From the human T2T-CHM13v2.0 reference genome, Homo sapiens, in assembly GCF_009914755.1 (NCBI RefSeq), contig NC_060935.1: a stretch of 64,000 bases of DNA; one strand, given 5' to 3'. The translations under genes were made by a program, and so were the position numbers. How positions within the stretch are numbered: the first letter of the stretch is position 1; every line of letters starts with the position of its first letter. The notes below the pieces were generated by a model. It was not told the DNA's origin. It ran no database searches and saw only the letters and a program-made list of their open reading frames with translations. This document shows, piece by piece, positions 16,018 through 33,063 of this stretch.

Positions 16018-16179
16018 CTTTCACACTGGTCACTTTCTTCATGATGGTTTCCTGACCTTGGCGCAGGGTCACGGTCACTGTGGCTCCAGGTGTACCGAAG
16101 CCCCATATCACTGCCCCAGCAGGCTCCTTCTGCAGCACCATATCATTATTGATGTATGAAGCAAAGCGAAAACCAATAC
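16018..16179 (-). CDS. SIAE: SIAE coding exon 2
   Basis: TTTAG| acceptor and AAG|GTAAGG donor; 162 nt; GIGFRFASYINNDMVLQKEPAGAVIWGFGTPGATVTVTLRQGQETIMKKVTSVK matches the SIAE N-terminus. Confidence 0.97.
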
Positions 16180-18270
16180 CTAAAAAATTTAACAAACACT
16201 GAGGGAAGCATCATCGGAGAGATATAGCACCAACTGGATCAAGTGAAACAGCAAAGAACATACAGTCTTTATGCAAGAGAATTTTAACATACTAAGTCCC
16301 TTTAATCGTCTAAAACTGGCTCTTCTTCCTCCTAATTAGGCAAGCAACATAACAAGAACAGTTTCCAACAGTATGCATCATAGCACATGATGACCACTAA
16401 GGAAAATTCCCAGAGCCCAAGGCAACCAATGGACCATAGTCTTCCCTCTCCTTCAGAGCTCTTGATCTTTTTTTGCTCTTGGGCTTGGCCCTAACGCTGG
16501 GCTCTCTCCCGCAAAATCACTAAAATGCTCCTTTCATGCACCTATAGATGGTGTTTATGAGAAAAATAAACCACTTCCTTTCCCTACTTTCCATTACCAC
16601 ACCTGCTCCTAATGACTGGGAATAAAACAGCATGCCTCTCTCCAAACAGCCTTCCCTAATCTTTTTCCCCTTCTCTATCTCCCCTTTTCTATGCCACTAA
16701 TGCCAATTTCCTTCAAATAATGCCCCTTATCATGGTTTTTTGACAACCCAGTGTACTGCATCAAAAATTCTAAATAAGCCCTTATAAATACTCATGACAA
16801 GTCAGCTTCCTTCTCAGGTAAATTCAAATAAATCAAGACACATAAATAAGGTCAGTGAGAGATAGAAGGTCAACATGTCTGAACAAAGGTCTTCTGTCAC
16901 AATTTTACCCATTCCACAAGCTAAATTATACTAAAAGGACAAGAGAAAGCACACTAGAAACTGGATTCTATTCTAGAGAGTCACTAACAAGACTGAATAA
17001 GAACTCGCTTTAACGACATCATTCCTATTTTTAACATCCAGCCTATATAAAAGTATTTTATTAATACAAACATCCATCCAAATTATCTCAGCGTGTTCCT
17101 CATCAAAACTTAACAAGGAAAAAAATAAAACAAATTATATCCCAATTTATCTGAATAAAACAGACCCCAAACTACCTAAAATAATTAACAAAATTTAGAT
17201 CTTTTTAAGCATTTTAAACAAAAATGATAGGCAGAAAAGAGAACCAGAATTAACAAGGCTGACATTTTCCTCCCTGGAAGCTACAAATGATGAGGGCCCC
17301 TTCGGCTATACTTAACAGGGCAGCACAGCTAATGGAGTCGCCTACACAGCTCCGTGGCCTATTTATCCTGCTCTTGGAATAACAGCCCAGTCCCTAAAAA
17401 TCCTCAGCGCTCTCTTATGAGCTAGTGTGATCAAGAAACCTACATGACAATGAAAGATCACCCAGAAGGCCTACTGGGCTGGAGATGCACGGTTACCATG
17501 AGCAAAATGCTCTAAGAAAAGAATACAACGCCCCAGAATTGCATAAGCAGGTTGGCAGCCTGCTGGAGGGAAGGGGGAGGCACATGTGTGGGAGGGCCTT
17601 GTCTTGGGTAGGTGCTTCATATGGAACCAAAAAAAGGAAAACCACAGACATAAATAAGAGCTAAGTAGAGAGAGGGTGGGGGTAGGGGAATGGCTGCAGC
17701 TTGCACATTTGTGTGCAGTCAGTAGTCCATAGGCTAGGGGAAATACCTTCCCAAGTCTGTCTGTTTTCACCAACATACACTTAGTGAACATCTTTGTGGA
17801 TGACTCTGTGCTGGGCTAAAGAGTTTTAGAGGTGGAAAGGATCTTCATAATCGTAGTATAAACACGCTACTTACTGATCAAGAAGTATAATCATATTACT
17901 GATCAAGTAACTGAGACCAAAGCAGATGAAACAATTTTTTAAAATAGCTTGCATGTTCATTAGTTAATTCAACAAATATTTATTGATGCCTACTATTTTA
18001 AGCATTGGGGATATAACGATGAAAAAATAATAATAATAATAGCAGGCAAAAATCCTTGCCCACAGGGAGCTTCCATTCTACTAGAGACTTTACCTGTGGC
18101 AGGCACAGTGCTAAACACACCACAAACATTAATGTTCTTTGGTCTCAAATCACACAGTTTATGACAAGTTAGAAAACAAGTCACTTGATTCCAAAGTTGA
18201 AATTCCCACTTTGCCGAAATTAGATACTTGTGGCAAATCAAAGAAAAAATCATATTCCTCATCTTTGTAA

Positions 18271-18860
<590 letters not shown>

Positions 18861-20299
18861 ATTTGGATTTTTTAGGTCTTCAGTTTTTTCCTTCATTTGG
18901 GGCTGGAGTAGAAAAACAGGAATTAGTGTTATGGGGAAGAGAGGGCAGTGGTTGCCTCTGGTGAGGAGCTCCGGATGCATTGGCGAGGAGCACAATGGCA
19001 GGCTCAATAGACTGGCAATGTTCTAGTTCTTAAGTTGGGTACTGCTCTCATGGGTGTTCATTTTATTGTGTCATTGTTACATATAATTTTGTACATCTCA
19101 AGCATTACATGGTAAACATGGGCACAGGGAGAATGACTTAAAGGAAAAACGTCAGGATACGCAACCAAGTAGAGTACTAATGAATGAAAAATGTGATCAA
19201 TGTTAATGAAGGTGATGTAACAATAAGACCCAAAGGAGGAGATAAAATACTGACACTAAAATAAACAGCCTTTAACTGAAAACCTAATAAAATATCTTTT
19301 CCCCACCTCATAAGATGGATCTCAAAGGTCACTGAGTGGAGATAAGAGTCAGGAAATGGCATACAGAGTGCTAGCATTTTGCACTTTTGTTAGACTCTGA
19401 ACAATCATTTATGGGCTGCAGTTTGTCTGAATCTAGGTACTTTTCCGGCTCTCAGGTAGAGCAGGAGTCATTTTTCTGCACGCTGTTCTCCTACCCCAAC
19501 TATCATTTCTTAACAGGGATCTCTGGGGTCCACTCTTTGAGTGTTTTGAAACAGAAAGGAAGAAATCCAACATTATCACTTTAGTTTGCATTATCAGACA
19601 GATTGCACCTTCTGCTTTCTCCATACTGTGACCCAGTGTCCAGCCTAGGGTATTCGAATGGCAAGATCTGACCTGCGCAACAGCCAAAGGGAGCCACCAG
19701 CCTCCCCTATGCCACTCACATTTTCCCACCACCAATATCTGTAAGCGGTACCAGAAATCAAAACTGAGCCTTAAATAGTCAGAGCTAGTGAGGGGGTTGT
19801 ATTTCTTAGCCCTGATAACCACTTAAACGAGTAAAATTTAATTCCCCTAAGGAACCCCGCCTGAAGCAAACCCTCCCCAAGGGCACCACTGAGGGGGTAG
19901 CGCTGAAATGTTTTGGAAGATTCAGTCACCTGTTTCCAAATATTACCTAACTAGCTTCGCCTCCTTCCCTCCGAGCTCCCCTGCAGTTACTCCAGGACCC
20001 CGAAGGCCTCTTTCTGGGCACATTTGGGCCTCCCCACTCAGACAAGCCGCACTTTCTCCCTGCTCACAGGCTGCATGTCAGGGATGGTAAGTGGGGGGTG
20101 GAGAAAGTGGAGAGGCCGGGGTTCAACCCAGCAGACTCCTGCAGACCGGGCCTCGGTCGGAGACGCGAGCCCCTAGCCTAGCTAGGTTCCTTCGTCGACC
20201 TTGAGAAAGGGGCGCGGATCCGTGTCCCGCAGAGGACACGGGGTCTCGGAGCCCGCACAGGCTGAGGGGCAGGGGTCCGGCCGAGCCGGGCCGCCTCAC

Positions 20300-20366
20300 C
20301 TGCACTTCTGTCGGCCCACAGGATTAATGGCAGCACCAGCCCGAGTACAAGCCCCGGCGCGACCAT
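20300..20366 (-). CDS. SIAE: SIAE (sialic acid acetylesterase) coding exon 1, signal peptide
   Basis: ATG at 20366 encodes MVAPGLVLGLVLPLILWADRSA (hydrophobic signal peptide); 67 nt ending at donor CAG|GTGAGG; phase 1 joins exon 2. Confidence 0.97.
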
Positions 20367-20539
20367 GCTTGCAAGGATCTGACCGCCGCCTAGGACTGGG
20401 AAAGTGGGTTCCCGGCAGGGGCGGGGCCTGGGCGGGGGCGAGGCCGACTCCACCCTTTTGCAGTCCTCGCAGCCTCCCGCGACCTCAGGACTGGGCTGTA
20501 CTCGCCCCTTCTCGGCCGCCGTAGTTTTTTTTTTTTTTT

Positions 20540-20610
20540 AAAGAAAAAACGGTTACCCAGCAACTAGAAAAACAACCGGAACCGGCGGCACCAGCTCGGA
20601 GAGAAAGGAG
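20540..20610 (+). other. SPA17: SPA17 non-coding exon 1 (5' boundary approximate)
   Basis: Donor GAG|GTGAGG at 20610/20611; next acceptor TTTAG|GTTCC at 21896, upstream of the ATG. Confidence 0.8.
20552..20564 (+). promoter_or_regulatory. RFX X-box motif
   Basis: GTTACC-C-AGCAAC fits the X-box consensus GTNRCC(N0-3)RGYAAC, at the SPA17 5' end. Confidence 0.65.
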
Positions 20611-21922
20611 GTGAGGCCGCTTCCCCACTTCCTCTCCGATACCAAGACCTAGCCTTTTCCCTTCGTCTCTCTTATTCTCTCAGCATCCCAGACACAGCCT
20701 CGGAGCCCTGGGCCGTTTGGGAGCCGAGGCAGCCCATTCTGCGCGAGTCTGAAATCCCAGGTCCTCAACATCCCGCCCCCGACTAGACCCGTCTGCCCCC
20801 TCCGCCCGCCCTCCTCTGCCCACATTGGTTCAGAATCTCGCCAGCTCTTTTCACCACTCTAGAATGGTTCGATACCCCCATCTACTGCTCCCTCAGAAAA
20901 AGCAAAAGAGAGGAGTCAGGCGTGGTGGCGCGCGCCTGTAATCCCAATTGCTCGGGAGGCTGAGGCGGGATCATCGCTGGAGCCCAGGAGTTCGAGGCCA
21001 GAGACCCCCTCTCAAAGAAAAAAAAAGCGATGAAACGAGAACCCTCCATAGTCTGAGCCTCATTAAACCGTCCAGTTCTCCCAACCTGGACCCCTACCAC
21101 GGCCTCCGCCTCTATTCCGCATTGACGCACACTCTCACATTAACAGGCCAGGTCCCGGAGGATTCTTTTCATACTCAGTAGTAGCTCAGCCCGCTGCTTA
21201 GCAGCTACCCTTAATCTAGCCCTTGTATTTCAAGACAGAAAGAGACAACCTGATCAAGAAGAAACCGAAAAATATAAGAATTCTAAAACTTTAGAGGCTG
21301 GGATTTCAAAATCATGACACACAGCCCCATCCCATCCCATCCCTCCCTCACACACACGCACGCACAACCCCATTCCACAGTACGAAGGTGTTCGAAGCAT
21401 TGTGGGTCATGCTTCAGAAGTGGCAGCAAGGGGAAAGATTGTGCAACTTCTTCATTCAACAAATTAATTTCTAGAACCAGGACTAATTTCTACTCTTTAA
21501 AAAAAAATAGACCTCAAAGAAGGTCTTCTCAGCAATTGACAATGAATTTAACTTTTTAGCAATCATTCTCTCTAAATTCCTGTGTGATAGCAAAAATTAC
21601 CCTTACCTTTTGAGCATATAAAGGGTAAAGAGAGAAAAAGTCATATTGAAAATTATGGGTTTTTTGCAGGATTTTAAATGATTTGGCCTAGTGAATGGGT
21701 CTGTGTTTGTATTATACTAATTCACAATGGAGATTTCAAAACTCTTTGGAAGAAATGGATGGGCTTGGGTTGTGTTAGGGAAAAAAGAATTCAAGTCCAG
21801 ATGTATGAGTCTCAGAAATAATTTGTTGGCATAGTTGTGATTATATAAGTAAAATCAGACAAATTTAAAGACAGTACTCTTTAATGAATCTTTAGGTTCC
21901 ATAGGCAGTTCTTACCAAGAAG

Positions 21923-22076
21923 ATGTCGATTCCATTCTCCAACACCCACTACCGAATTCCACAAGGATTTGGGAATCTTCTTGAAGGGCTGACACGCGAG
22001 ATTCTGAGAGAGCAACCGGACAATATACCAGCTTTTGCAGCAGCCTATTTTGAGAGCCTTCTAGAGAAAAGAGAGA
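21923..22076 (+). CDS. SPA17: SPA17 exon 2 coding part (RIIa-type dimerisation/docking domain)
   Basis: MSIPFSNTHYRIPQGFGNLLEGLTREILREQPDNIPAFAAAYFESLLEKRE; exon starts 21896; donor AGA|GTAAGC; 154 coding nt. Confidence 0.97.
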
Positions 22077-22819
22077 GTAAGCTTTCTAAAATTAGTCATT
22101 TTTTAAAATAAGAAACTAAGCATTTGTTTATGGTAAAACTTGCTTAAGACCATCTCCATTCTGCAGAAAGCCTTTTATGAGGCAGGGAGTTTCAGATAAC
22201 AGTTCTTGCTCTTTGAAACAGTATGTACCTCTTTGATATGTTCTCTTAAATTCGTTTCATATTATCGAAGATTACCAGTTCATTATTCAGACCGTCTTCA
22301 TTGTATTTCTCACGGACATACAGCGTGGAAGGTAACTGCAAAAGAGCATACATTTCTCGGGAGAAATCAGTGGGGGAAAAAAAGATCATACAGTCTACCC
22401 TCGCCACGTTCCAGCATACTGTTCCTATGCATCCCTGGCAGCTGACTGTTATTCCTGAGATGAGTATCTGTGGTTTCCTTTCAATTTTGATTCCTTCCAT
22501 TTGAAAGTATTTTAAGTACTGCAAAAAGAATTCTGCACTCTTTAAATAAACTGATATTCACTGGGGTATATGAAACTGTTCTGCAATAACGGCACAGACA
22601 AACTGATTTGAAAGGTGGAATACCAGTTTGGAAAGGTAATTTATATTCTTTATGCTAAATTCCATCCTGCACAGAGACCCAGATGCCCACTAACAATAAC
22701 TATTTGGTTGAAAGCCAAGGCAAAATTCCTTCACTCCTATAAATAAAATTTACAAATCCCCAACCTTGAAGGTTTATGACTGTCAGGACTTTACCAGTTT
22801 TGTACTAAAAACCTATCCT

Positions 22820-22957
22820 AAGCCAGGCATGGTGGTGCGCACCTTTAGTACCAGCTACTCAGGGGCTGAGGCAGGAGGATCACTTGAGCCCAGGGATTCA
22901 AGACGGTAGTGAGCTATGATTAAACCTGTGAATAGCCACTGCACTCCATCCTGGGCA
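22820..22957 (+). mobile_element. Old Alu monomer (FAM/FRAM-like)
   Basis: GCCAGGCATGGTGG...CCTGTGAATAGCCACTGCACTCC; the 7SL-like segment is retained. Confidence 0.75.
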
Positions 22958-23377
22958 CTCCCACGACCCCTGCCCCAACCCCTGGAAAGCCATTGTTGAT
23001 TAGAACATCCATTTTGTATAAATTCTTGTCATCATTACTTTTTATTACAGTATTCTAACAGAGTGGTAAAGGTGACTAGAAATAGGCACAAGCAAACAAA
23101 CATTCTATTGTAATCATTTTATAGTGGAAGAAAACCTAGCACAAGGGTAGAATTAAAACAACTCCCACACACACTGCATAGCTCCACCCCTTGCTTTTTT
23201 TGCCCTGCCCTAGCAGAGCTCAAAATCTCTGCCAATTTCCTGAATGTTGCTGGTCTTTTCCATATCCGGTCAGGGTGAATATCTGTTGCACAATCTGAAA
23301 CTTTAAATATTTTCCACTGAAAACATTTGATAAACTATATTTAGAAGAGGAACGTTATTAAGAGAAATCATTTGGCA

Positions 23378-23572
23378 ATAGACTTGGGGGCCTATGTGAG
23401 AGCAGAGGTAGGAGGAGGGTGAGGATTGAAAAACTACCTATCAGGCATTATGCTGATTACCTTGGTGACAAAATTGTCTCTACACCAAAGCCCCTTAACA
23501 CAGAGTTTAACCATGTAACAAATCTGCACGTGTATCCCTTGAACCTAAAATAAAAGTTGGAAGGGGAAAAAA
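23378..23572 (+). mobile_element. L1PA15/16-like 3' end
   Basis: GAAAAACTACCTATC...ATGTAACAAATCTGCACGTGTATCCCTTGAACCTAAAATAAAAG. Confidence 0.75.
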
Positions 23573-24999
23573 CTAAAATTATTTGGGAAAAGAGGTGAAT
23601 TATAATGAACATCAATTTTATTATAAGATTAACTACAAATTCTTGCAGTAAAAGTCTTTAGTCATTTATTTAATTTTAGAACTCAGAAATATTCCATTAT
23701 AAAAACATTTGCGTCATTGTTACTGGATCACAATAATTAAAGCAAATGATGATTCAGATTAGTGGTCTCAGGACACTAGCTCTCTAATAAACAATGGGTA
23801 AAACCATTTGAAAAAATTGTAAGCACCACACCCAATTCCACCCATGTCAACCAAAGACAAATTATCTAGAAGATACAAGTATCAGAATTCAGTCTCTTCA
23901 AAAAGGAAAAAAAACAATCATTATGGACCTCTGGCTCAGTCTCCCACACAATGCAAGAATTCCCTTGCCAGCATTCATCATAGGTGGTTACTACTCTTAA
24001 TTTTTATTTTTGTGATGGGGAACATGTTAGTATATGATTTAAATGGTATTTCAGGTCACTAGGAAAAAGGTGGACTTTTTGTTATTTTAAGATAAAGGAA
24101 AAAGATAAAATTGGATCAATTTCTTATACACAAAGACAAATTCCAAATTAGTCGAGTATATAAATATTTTTTAAAAGAAACCATACAGATACTAGAAGAA
24201 AATATGGATGAATTTCTCTATAAGAGAAGAAAAAATTTTGCTAGCTAAATTGCTTTAATTGCTTCAAAAATTCGGAAGCAATTAGAGAAAAGATTGTTAT
24301 AAATTGACAACATAAAAGTAAACTTTTACATGAGAAAAAGCACTGTGAGGAAAACAAAACTACAAAAGACAAACAAAAAATATTTGCAATTTATATCCCA
24401 ATGGGTTAATAGCCCTAATAAATAAATAGTTTGTAAAAACAGTGTGTTATAGGCTTATAGAATCCAACAGAAAATATTGGCAAGAGGTATGAGCAAACAA
24501 TTCACACAAAAATGAATGCAAATGGCACTTATGAAAGTATATTCAAACTAATGCATAATAACAGAAGTCCAAATCAAAACTACACTGAGCTACCAATAAC
24601 AACCCCTCCATTACATTGGCAAAAAGCCAACATGCTCTGTAGGCTGTGGGATAATAAGCATTTATATACATTGCTGGTAGATAAGCAAAATGCCATAACT
24701 TCCAGGAGGGGAACTTAGCAATACCTACCAAAATTATATATGTATTTAACCTTTGACCCGGAGGTGCCACTTCTACACTTTTCAGGGCATCATTCTTTGT
24801 AGAAACAACCCAAATATCCACAGGAGTTTGAGTGAACAAACTATAATACATCTATACAACTGAATTATATATATAGCTGTTTTCAAAAATGAGAACTATC
24901 TCTCGATAATACTATGGATGATACTGTGGAGTGATTTTCGGGATATATTCAGTGAAAACAGCAAGATGGGGAAAAGTGTGCTTAGTGTGCTACCATTTT

Positions 25000-25171
25000 T
25001 TTTTTAAACACAGACGGGGGTCTCATGATGTTGTCCAGGCTGGCCTCAAACTCCTGGGCTCAAGTGATGATCCTCCTGCCTCAGCCTCCCAAAGTGCTGG
25101 AATAACAGCTGTGAGAAACAACACCTGGCCAGTATGCTATCATTTAACAAAAGAGGTTGATATGAATACAT

Positions 25172-25210
<39 letters not shown>

Positions 25211-25522
25211 TGTGTGTATTTGCCACAGGGTTTGGCTCTGGCTCTGTCGCCCAGGCTGAAGTGCAGTGGTGTAATCGTGGCTCCACTGCAACCTCCCAGG
25301 CTCAAGCAGCCTTCCCACTTCAGCCTCCCAAGTAGTTGGGAACTACAGGCATGCACAAACACGCTGGGCTAATTTTTGTTTTGGGGAGTTTTTGTTTTTT
25401 GTTTTGGCAGAGACAGGGTTTTGCCATGTTATCGAGGCTGGTCTTGAACTCCTGAGCTCAAGCATCCGCCAGCCTCCGCCTCCTAAAGTTCTGGGATTAC
25501 AAGAATGAGGCACCATGCCCAA
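25000..25522 (-). mobile_element. FLAM/Alu left arm (25000-25130), (TG)n, AluJ (25235-25522)
   Basis: Antisense Alu motifs around a TG repeat at 25175-25217. Confidence 0.85.
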
Positions 25523-25679
25523 CTTTGTTTATATTTTTAAATGGAAAAGTAAATCTTTGAAAACTTAACATTTGCCTTTAGGAGAAAGTGAACAGGGTAG
25601 AGAGAACATGATAGAAAATATCTTGAATTTCGAATCATAAAAGTTTAACATAGTTATAATTTTAAATTTAAAATTGTTA

Positions 25680-25895
<216 letters not shown>

Positions 25896-28046
25896 TCAAG
25901 TGATATTAAAATGGAGTAATTTGACCGTACATGCCTAGTGCATATATCCTAAAAACAAAATGAACTTCAAAAAAAAAAACCCTTAAGCTGTTTTCAGTAA
26001 TCATTGTTAATCATATTATGGTATGGTTATTCTGAAATTATATAGTGAAATTATATATTGTAGAACAAAGCAAGTAAGCAACTAAGCTAGTGTTATTAGG
26101 AATAAGATTTTTGGTGCAGGAAAAACAACATACAATTATGAAAATGAAAGAGGTTAATAAAATCCTGTAATCTTAAATTTGAGTTGAAAAATATCAGTGT
26201 GACCTCATGTTTTCTCTTTAAAAAATGAAAGAAGTATTTTCTAGCTCTGTACATTAAAGGTCTCAAAACAATGACCAACCCAATACCAGTGAGCACCCAG
26301 CTTCCAGGTTGTCATCTCTAAATACCATTCCCAGGAATGAGGGCTTCTTGGAAAACAAGCTAATTTCATGAACTTGGCAGGGAATATACCAGATTAGGCT
26401 GAACGTCTTGCCATACCAGAGAACAAGGAAGCTATCAAAGGTTACTAGAGGTGTTTCCAAAGGACTCAGGAACATTTGAGCACCTGAATAAGCTACCACT
26501 GGACAAATGTTTAATAATTAGAGCATCAATAAGAATAATACGTGCATTGGATTAAAATGCATCCATTTTCTTAAACATTCGTGAATTTGTGATGGTTAAA
26601 AAAAAACTCATTGGTCATCCTGAGAGGATCCTAGGAATCCAACTGATTATTCTGAAAACTGGTAAATAAAAGGAAAGGAAAGAACTAAACCTTTAACCTT
26701 TCTTTTCTGTAACAACTGTTCTTCGGAGTAACCAAACAGTTGATGAGGAAAAGTTTTCCTTAATGAGTACTCCAGAAAATAAAGAAGTATTGATCAAATT
26801 AGAGCATTACCATTTCACAACCCCTAAGGAAATGATCTAAGCAAGGATCATCAGGGGGCCGATAAAAATTATAAAAAGAGTAACCAGATATTATAAATTT
26901 TATGACAGAATTACACAGCACTACCAATCAAGTATACTTGCAGAAAAAAAATCAAACCGTCAAACCCGAATTAGATCAAACCTATACAGCTAGCTACCAG
27001 TTTACAGGAAATTCAAAGGCTGAAGAACTTGTTAAAAGCCACCATGGGGATAGTCAGAAACATCTGAACTGTGAAAAACTCCAAAGGGAAAATGACGTAA
27101 TTTCATCAACAGATAAATTGCAAGGAAAGAATAGGGGCTGGGGGCTCTTCCTTTAAAAGAAATTTAAAAGACATACAAAGAGCTGTGTGTGCCCGTTTTC
27201 GGGGTCCTGATTTGAACCAACAAATAAATAGACAATGGAAGAAATTTGGATAGTTGACTGAATAGTTGAGGATATTGAGGAATTATTAATATTTTTAGTA
27301 TTTTGAAGTATGATAATGGTGGTGTGGTTATATTTTAAAAGAGTATATATTGAGATACATTCTGAAATAAATAATTGTAGATAAAATAACAGGATGCAAG
27401 GGGTTGGGTTAAAAATAATCAGAAAAAAGTGCAGAAAAATAATCAGAAGAAAAGGTTATAAATAAAATAAATCATGGGTTGATCATTGAATCTAGACAGT
27501 ATGCTCATGGGAGTTTGTTATCATATCTACTTTTTAAGTATTGAAATTTTTATAATATAAAGTTAAAGAAAAAAATTGTTTAAAAATAAATACCTCTGCT
27601 TGTCTGTGTCAACTGTCTACATAATATACTTCATTAAAAAAAATTTCTCCCATCTTTCACTTTTCCAGACTTTCTGACAACTTAGCATTTAGGTTTATAC
27701 ATTTTTCTGTGTTTACTAATACATGTTCTAAGTGTCTACATTTATATTTAAGTACTGGCATTTGTTCTTTTTCCCATTTTATTATAAATTTTATGAAGGC
27801 AGAAATTACGTTTTTAGTGCTTTTCTAAATATCCCCAAAGGCTCATCCAATGTTCAGTTGGTTATCATATGTTTAATAATCACTGGTAATGTCTGCAGTG
27901 CTACGCTATGCACAATGTCAATAAGATTTTGGACTGCCAGTAAAGAACCTGTAATTTGAAACAAGAAACTTACATTTGTGTCACTATTCTACATTTACCT
28001 TAATGAATTCAAATAAATCTGAAGTTCTTATATTTTTATTATTTAG

Positions 28047-28117
28047 AAACCAACTTTGATCCAGCAGAATGGGGGAGTAAGGTAGAAGACCGCTTCTATA
28101 ACAATCATGCATTCGAG
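28047..28117 (+). CDS. SPA17: SPA17 exon 3
   Basis: TTTAG| acceptor, GAG|GTATGG donor; 71 nt; KTNFDPAEWGSKVEDRFYNNHAFE, in frame. Confidence 0.95.
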
Positions 28118-30605
28118 GTATGGTCCTTTGAAGCTGTTGGATTTGGCTATTTCTTCTCTCTGTCTACAGCTAGCAATTATTAGGCTATCCCCAGAATTGT
28201 GAGAATTATGTGAGGAGGCATCACAAATAACTTATTAAATCTTATTAAATTAAAATTTAATAAATCTTATTTTATTAAAAAGATTATTTATTAAAAAGAT
28301 TTAATAAAAACTTATTAAATCTTATTAAAACTTATTAAATTAAAATTGTGCTGGGATTTTTTGCTGAGAATATTTTTCTAAAGTATCTGAGTCATGTACA
28401 GATATTTCACTTAAGTTTAATGATGAACAACAGGAAGAAGGTGCTTAAAAGTTATGAATAATTATTTCATCATTTATTCTTCAAATGTTTTCAGCATCAC
28501 AGTGCTAAGCAATAGCAGGTACTCCACAAATAATTACTGAATTAATAGATGATATTTCGTAGACCAAAACACTATTAGTCCAATTATTTCATTATCATCG
28601 ATATGATATTATTGATACAAAAGACCGGTTAGAATTAAAGGTGGTAATGGTGTAGTTTTCTCTATAAAGCTAGCTTTTTCAGAGTCTGAGCCTTTCTCTT
28701 TAGCAGCTTTACAAAGACAGCTTTCTCAACCAAGTTTCCTCAAAAAAATTAAGCCCTAAACCAAAGGCACTAATTGCATGTAAGGAATCAGTGTCCTGAT
28801 TTGTATCTAGAATGGTTCTGGTTAGGTACCATCCTTGGGAGAATTGAGAAAAGAGCTTCTCAAAACATTCTCTGTGTTCCATGGTTCAGATAATGAATGC
28901 TGGTTGAGAAAGGCTGTGTGGAATCAGCATTATTGGCATCAACTGGAAACTTGATAGAAATTCAGAGTCTCACAGGAAACATGAAAAACAAGGAAGTATG
29001 ACACCCCAGAATGAACACAACAGTTCTCCACTAATAGATCATAACCAGAATGAAATTCTTAAAGTCTCAGATAAGGAACTCAAAATACTGATTTTTAAAT
29101 ATGGTCAGTGAGGTGCAAGAGAAATCTGAAAACCAATACAAAGAACTCAGTGAAACAATTCAGGATATAAATGAAAAATTTTACAAGGTGATAGATTTTT
29201 ATTTTTAAAAAAACCCTAACATAAATTCTGGAATTGAAGAATTTATTGAAGGAAATATAAAATACATTCAAAAGATTTAACAATAGACTAGACTAAGTGG
29301 AACAAAAAAATTTTAGAACTTGAATACAGGTCTGAAACAATCCAGTAAGACAAAAATAAAAAAGAATAAACAAAGCCTTTAAGACATTTGGGACAACATA
29401 AAGCAGCTGAATATTTGAATTATTGGTATCCGCAAGGACAAAAAGATCAGAAGGCTTAGAAAACCTATTTAATGCAATAATAGATGAAGACATCACAAGT
29501 CTAGCAAGAGATTTAAACATCCAGATATAGGCGGTGCAGTGATTCCCCAAATACAATGCAAAAAAAAAAAAAAAGTTTTCACCACAGCACATTAAAATCA
29601 AACTGTCTAAAGTCAAAGAGTGAATTCTAAAAACAGCAAGATGAGAACATCTCATCAACTGTGAGGGAAACCCGATCAGACTAATAACCGTACTTCTCAG
29701 CAGAAACCTGACAGGCCAGGAGAGAGTGGGATGATAATTCAAAGAGCTGGAAGAAAACAACTATCAGCCAGGAATTCTATATCCAGCAAAATTAACCTTC
29801 ATAAATGAAAGAGAAATAAAGTATTTCCCAAACAAGCAAATGCCAAGGGCATTCGTCTGTACTAGGCTGGCCCTACAAGAAGTGTTCAAGGAAATCCTAA
29901 ACTTGGAAGCAAAAAAATGGAAGTTAGCATCATGAAAACACAGGAAAGTATAAAACTCACTGTTAAAGCGACCACACAAAGGAGGAACAGAAATGAATCA
30001 AATGGGCCCACTACAGAATTCCACCAGTCCACAATGACAAACAGTAAGAGAAAAAGAAACAATGTATAAAATAACCAGAAAGCAATTAACAATAAGACAA
30101 AAGGAACAAAACTCCACATATCAATAATAACTTTAAACATATATGGATTAAATGCTCAACATAAAAGCTATAGACTGGCTGAATGGATTTCTTTAAAAAA
30201 AAAAAAAAAACATGATTCAACTATATGCTGCTAATAGGAAACTCACCTTACCTGTAAAAGCATTTAGACTGAAAGTAAAGAAGTGGAAAAAGATATTCCA
30301 TGCCAACAGAAACCAAAAGCAAGCAGAAGTAGCTATAGTTACATTAGGTAAAACAGACTTTAAGTTAAAAACAGTAGAAAACAACAACAAACAAGTTTAT
30401 TTTATAATGATAAAGGGATCAATTCAGTAAGAGGATATAACAATTGTAAATATATACACACCCAGCACTGGAGCAACCAGATTCATTAAAAAAAATTTCT
30501 ATGTCTAAAGACAGAGGTAGACTGCAATACAATAATAGTGAGGGGCTTCAACACCCCACTCATAGCATTAGACAAATTATCTAAACAGAAAATCAACAAA
30601 GTAAC

Positions 30606-33063
<2,458 letters not shown>

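Larger units (their letters stand above)
20100..20830. promoter_or_regulatory. CpG island / bidirectional promoter shared by SIAE and SPA17
   Basis: GC- and CpG-rich block with GC boxes (GGGGCGGGGC ~20418, GGGCGGGG ~20430). SIAE ATG (20366, -) and SPA17 exon 1 donor (20610, +) are ~245 bp apart and divergent. Confidence 0.9.
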
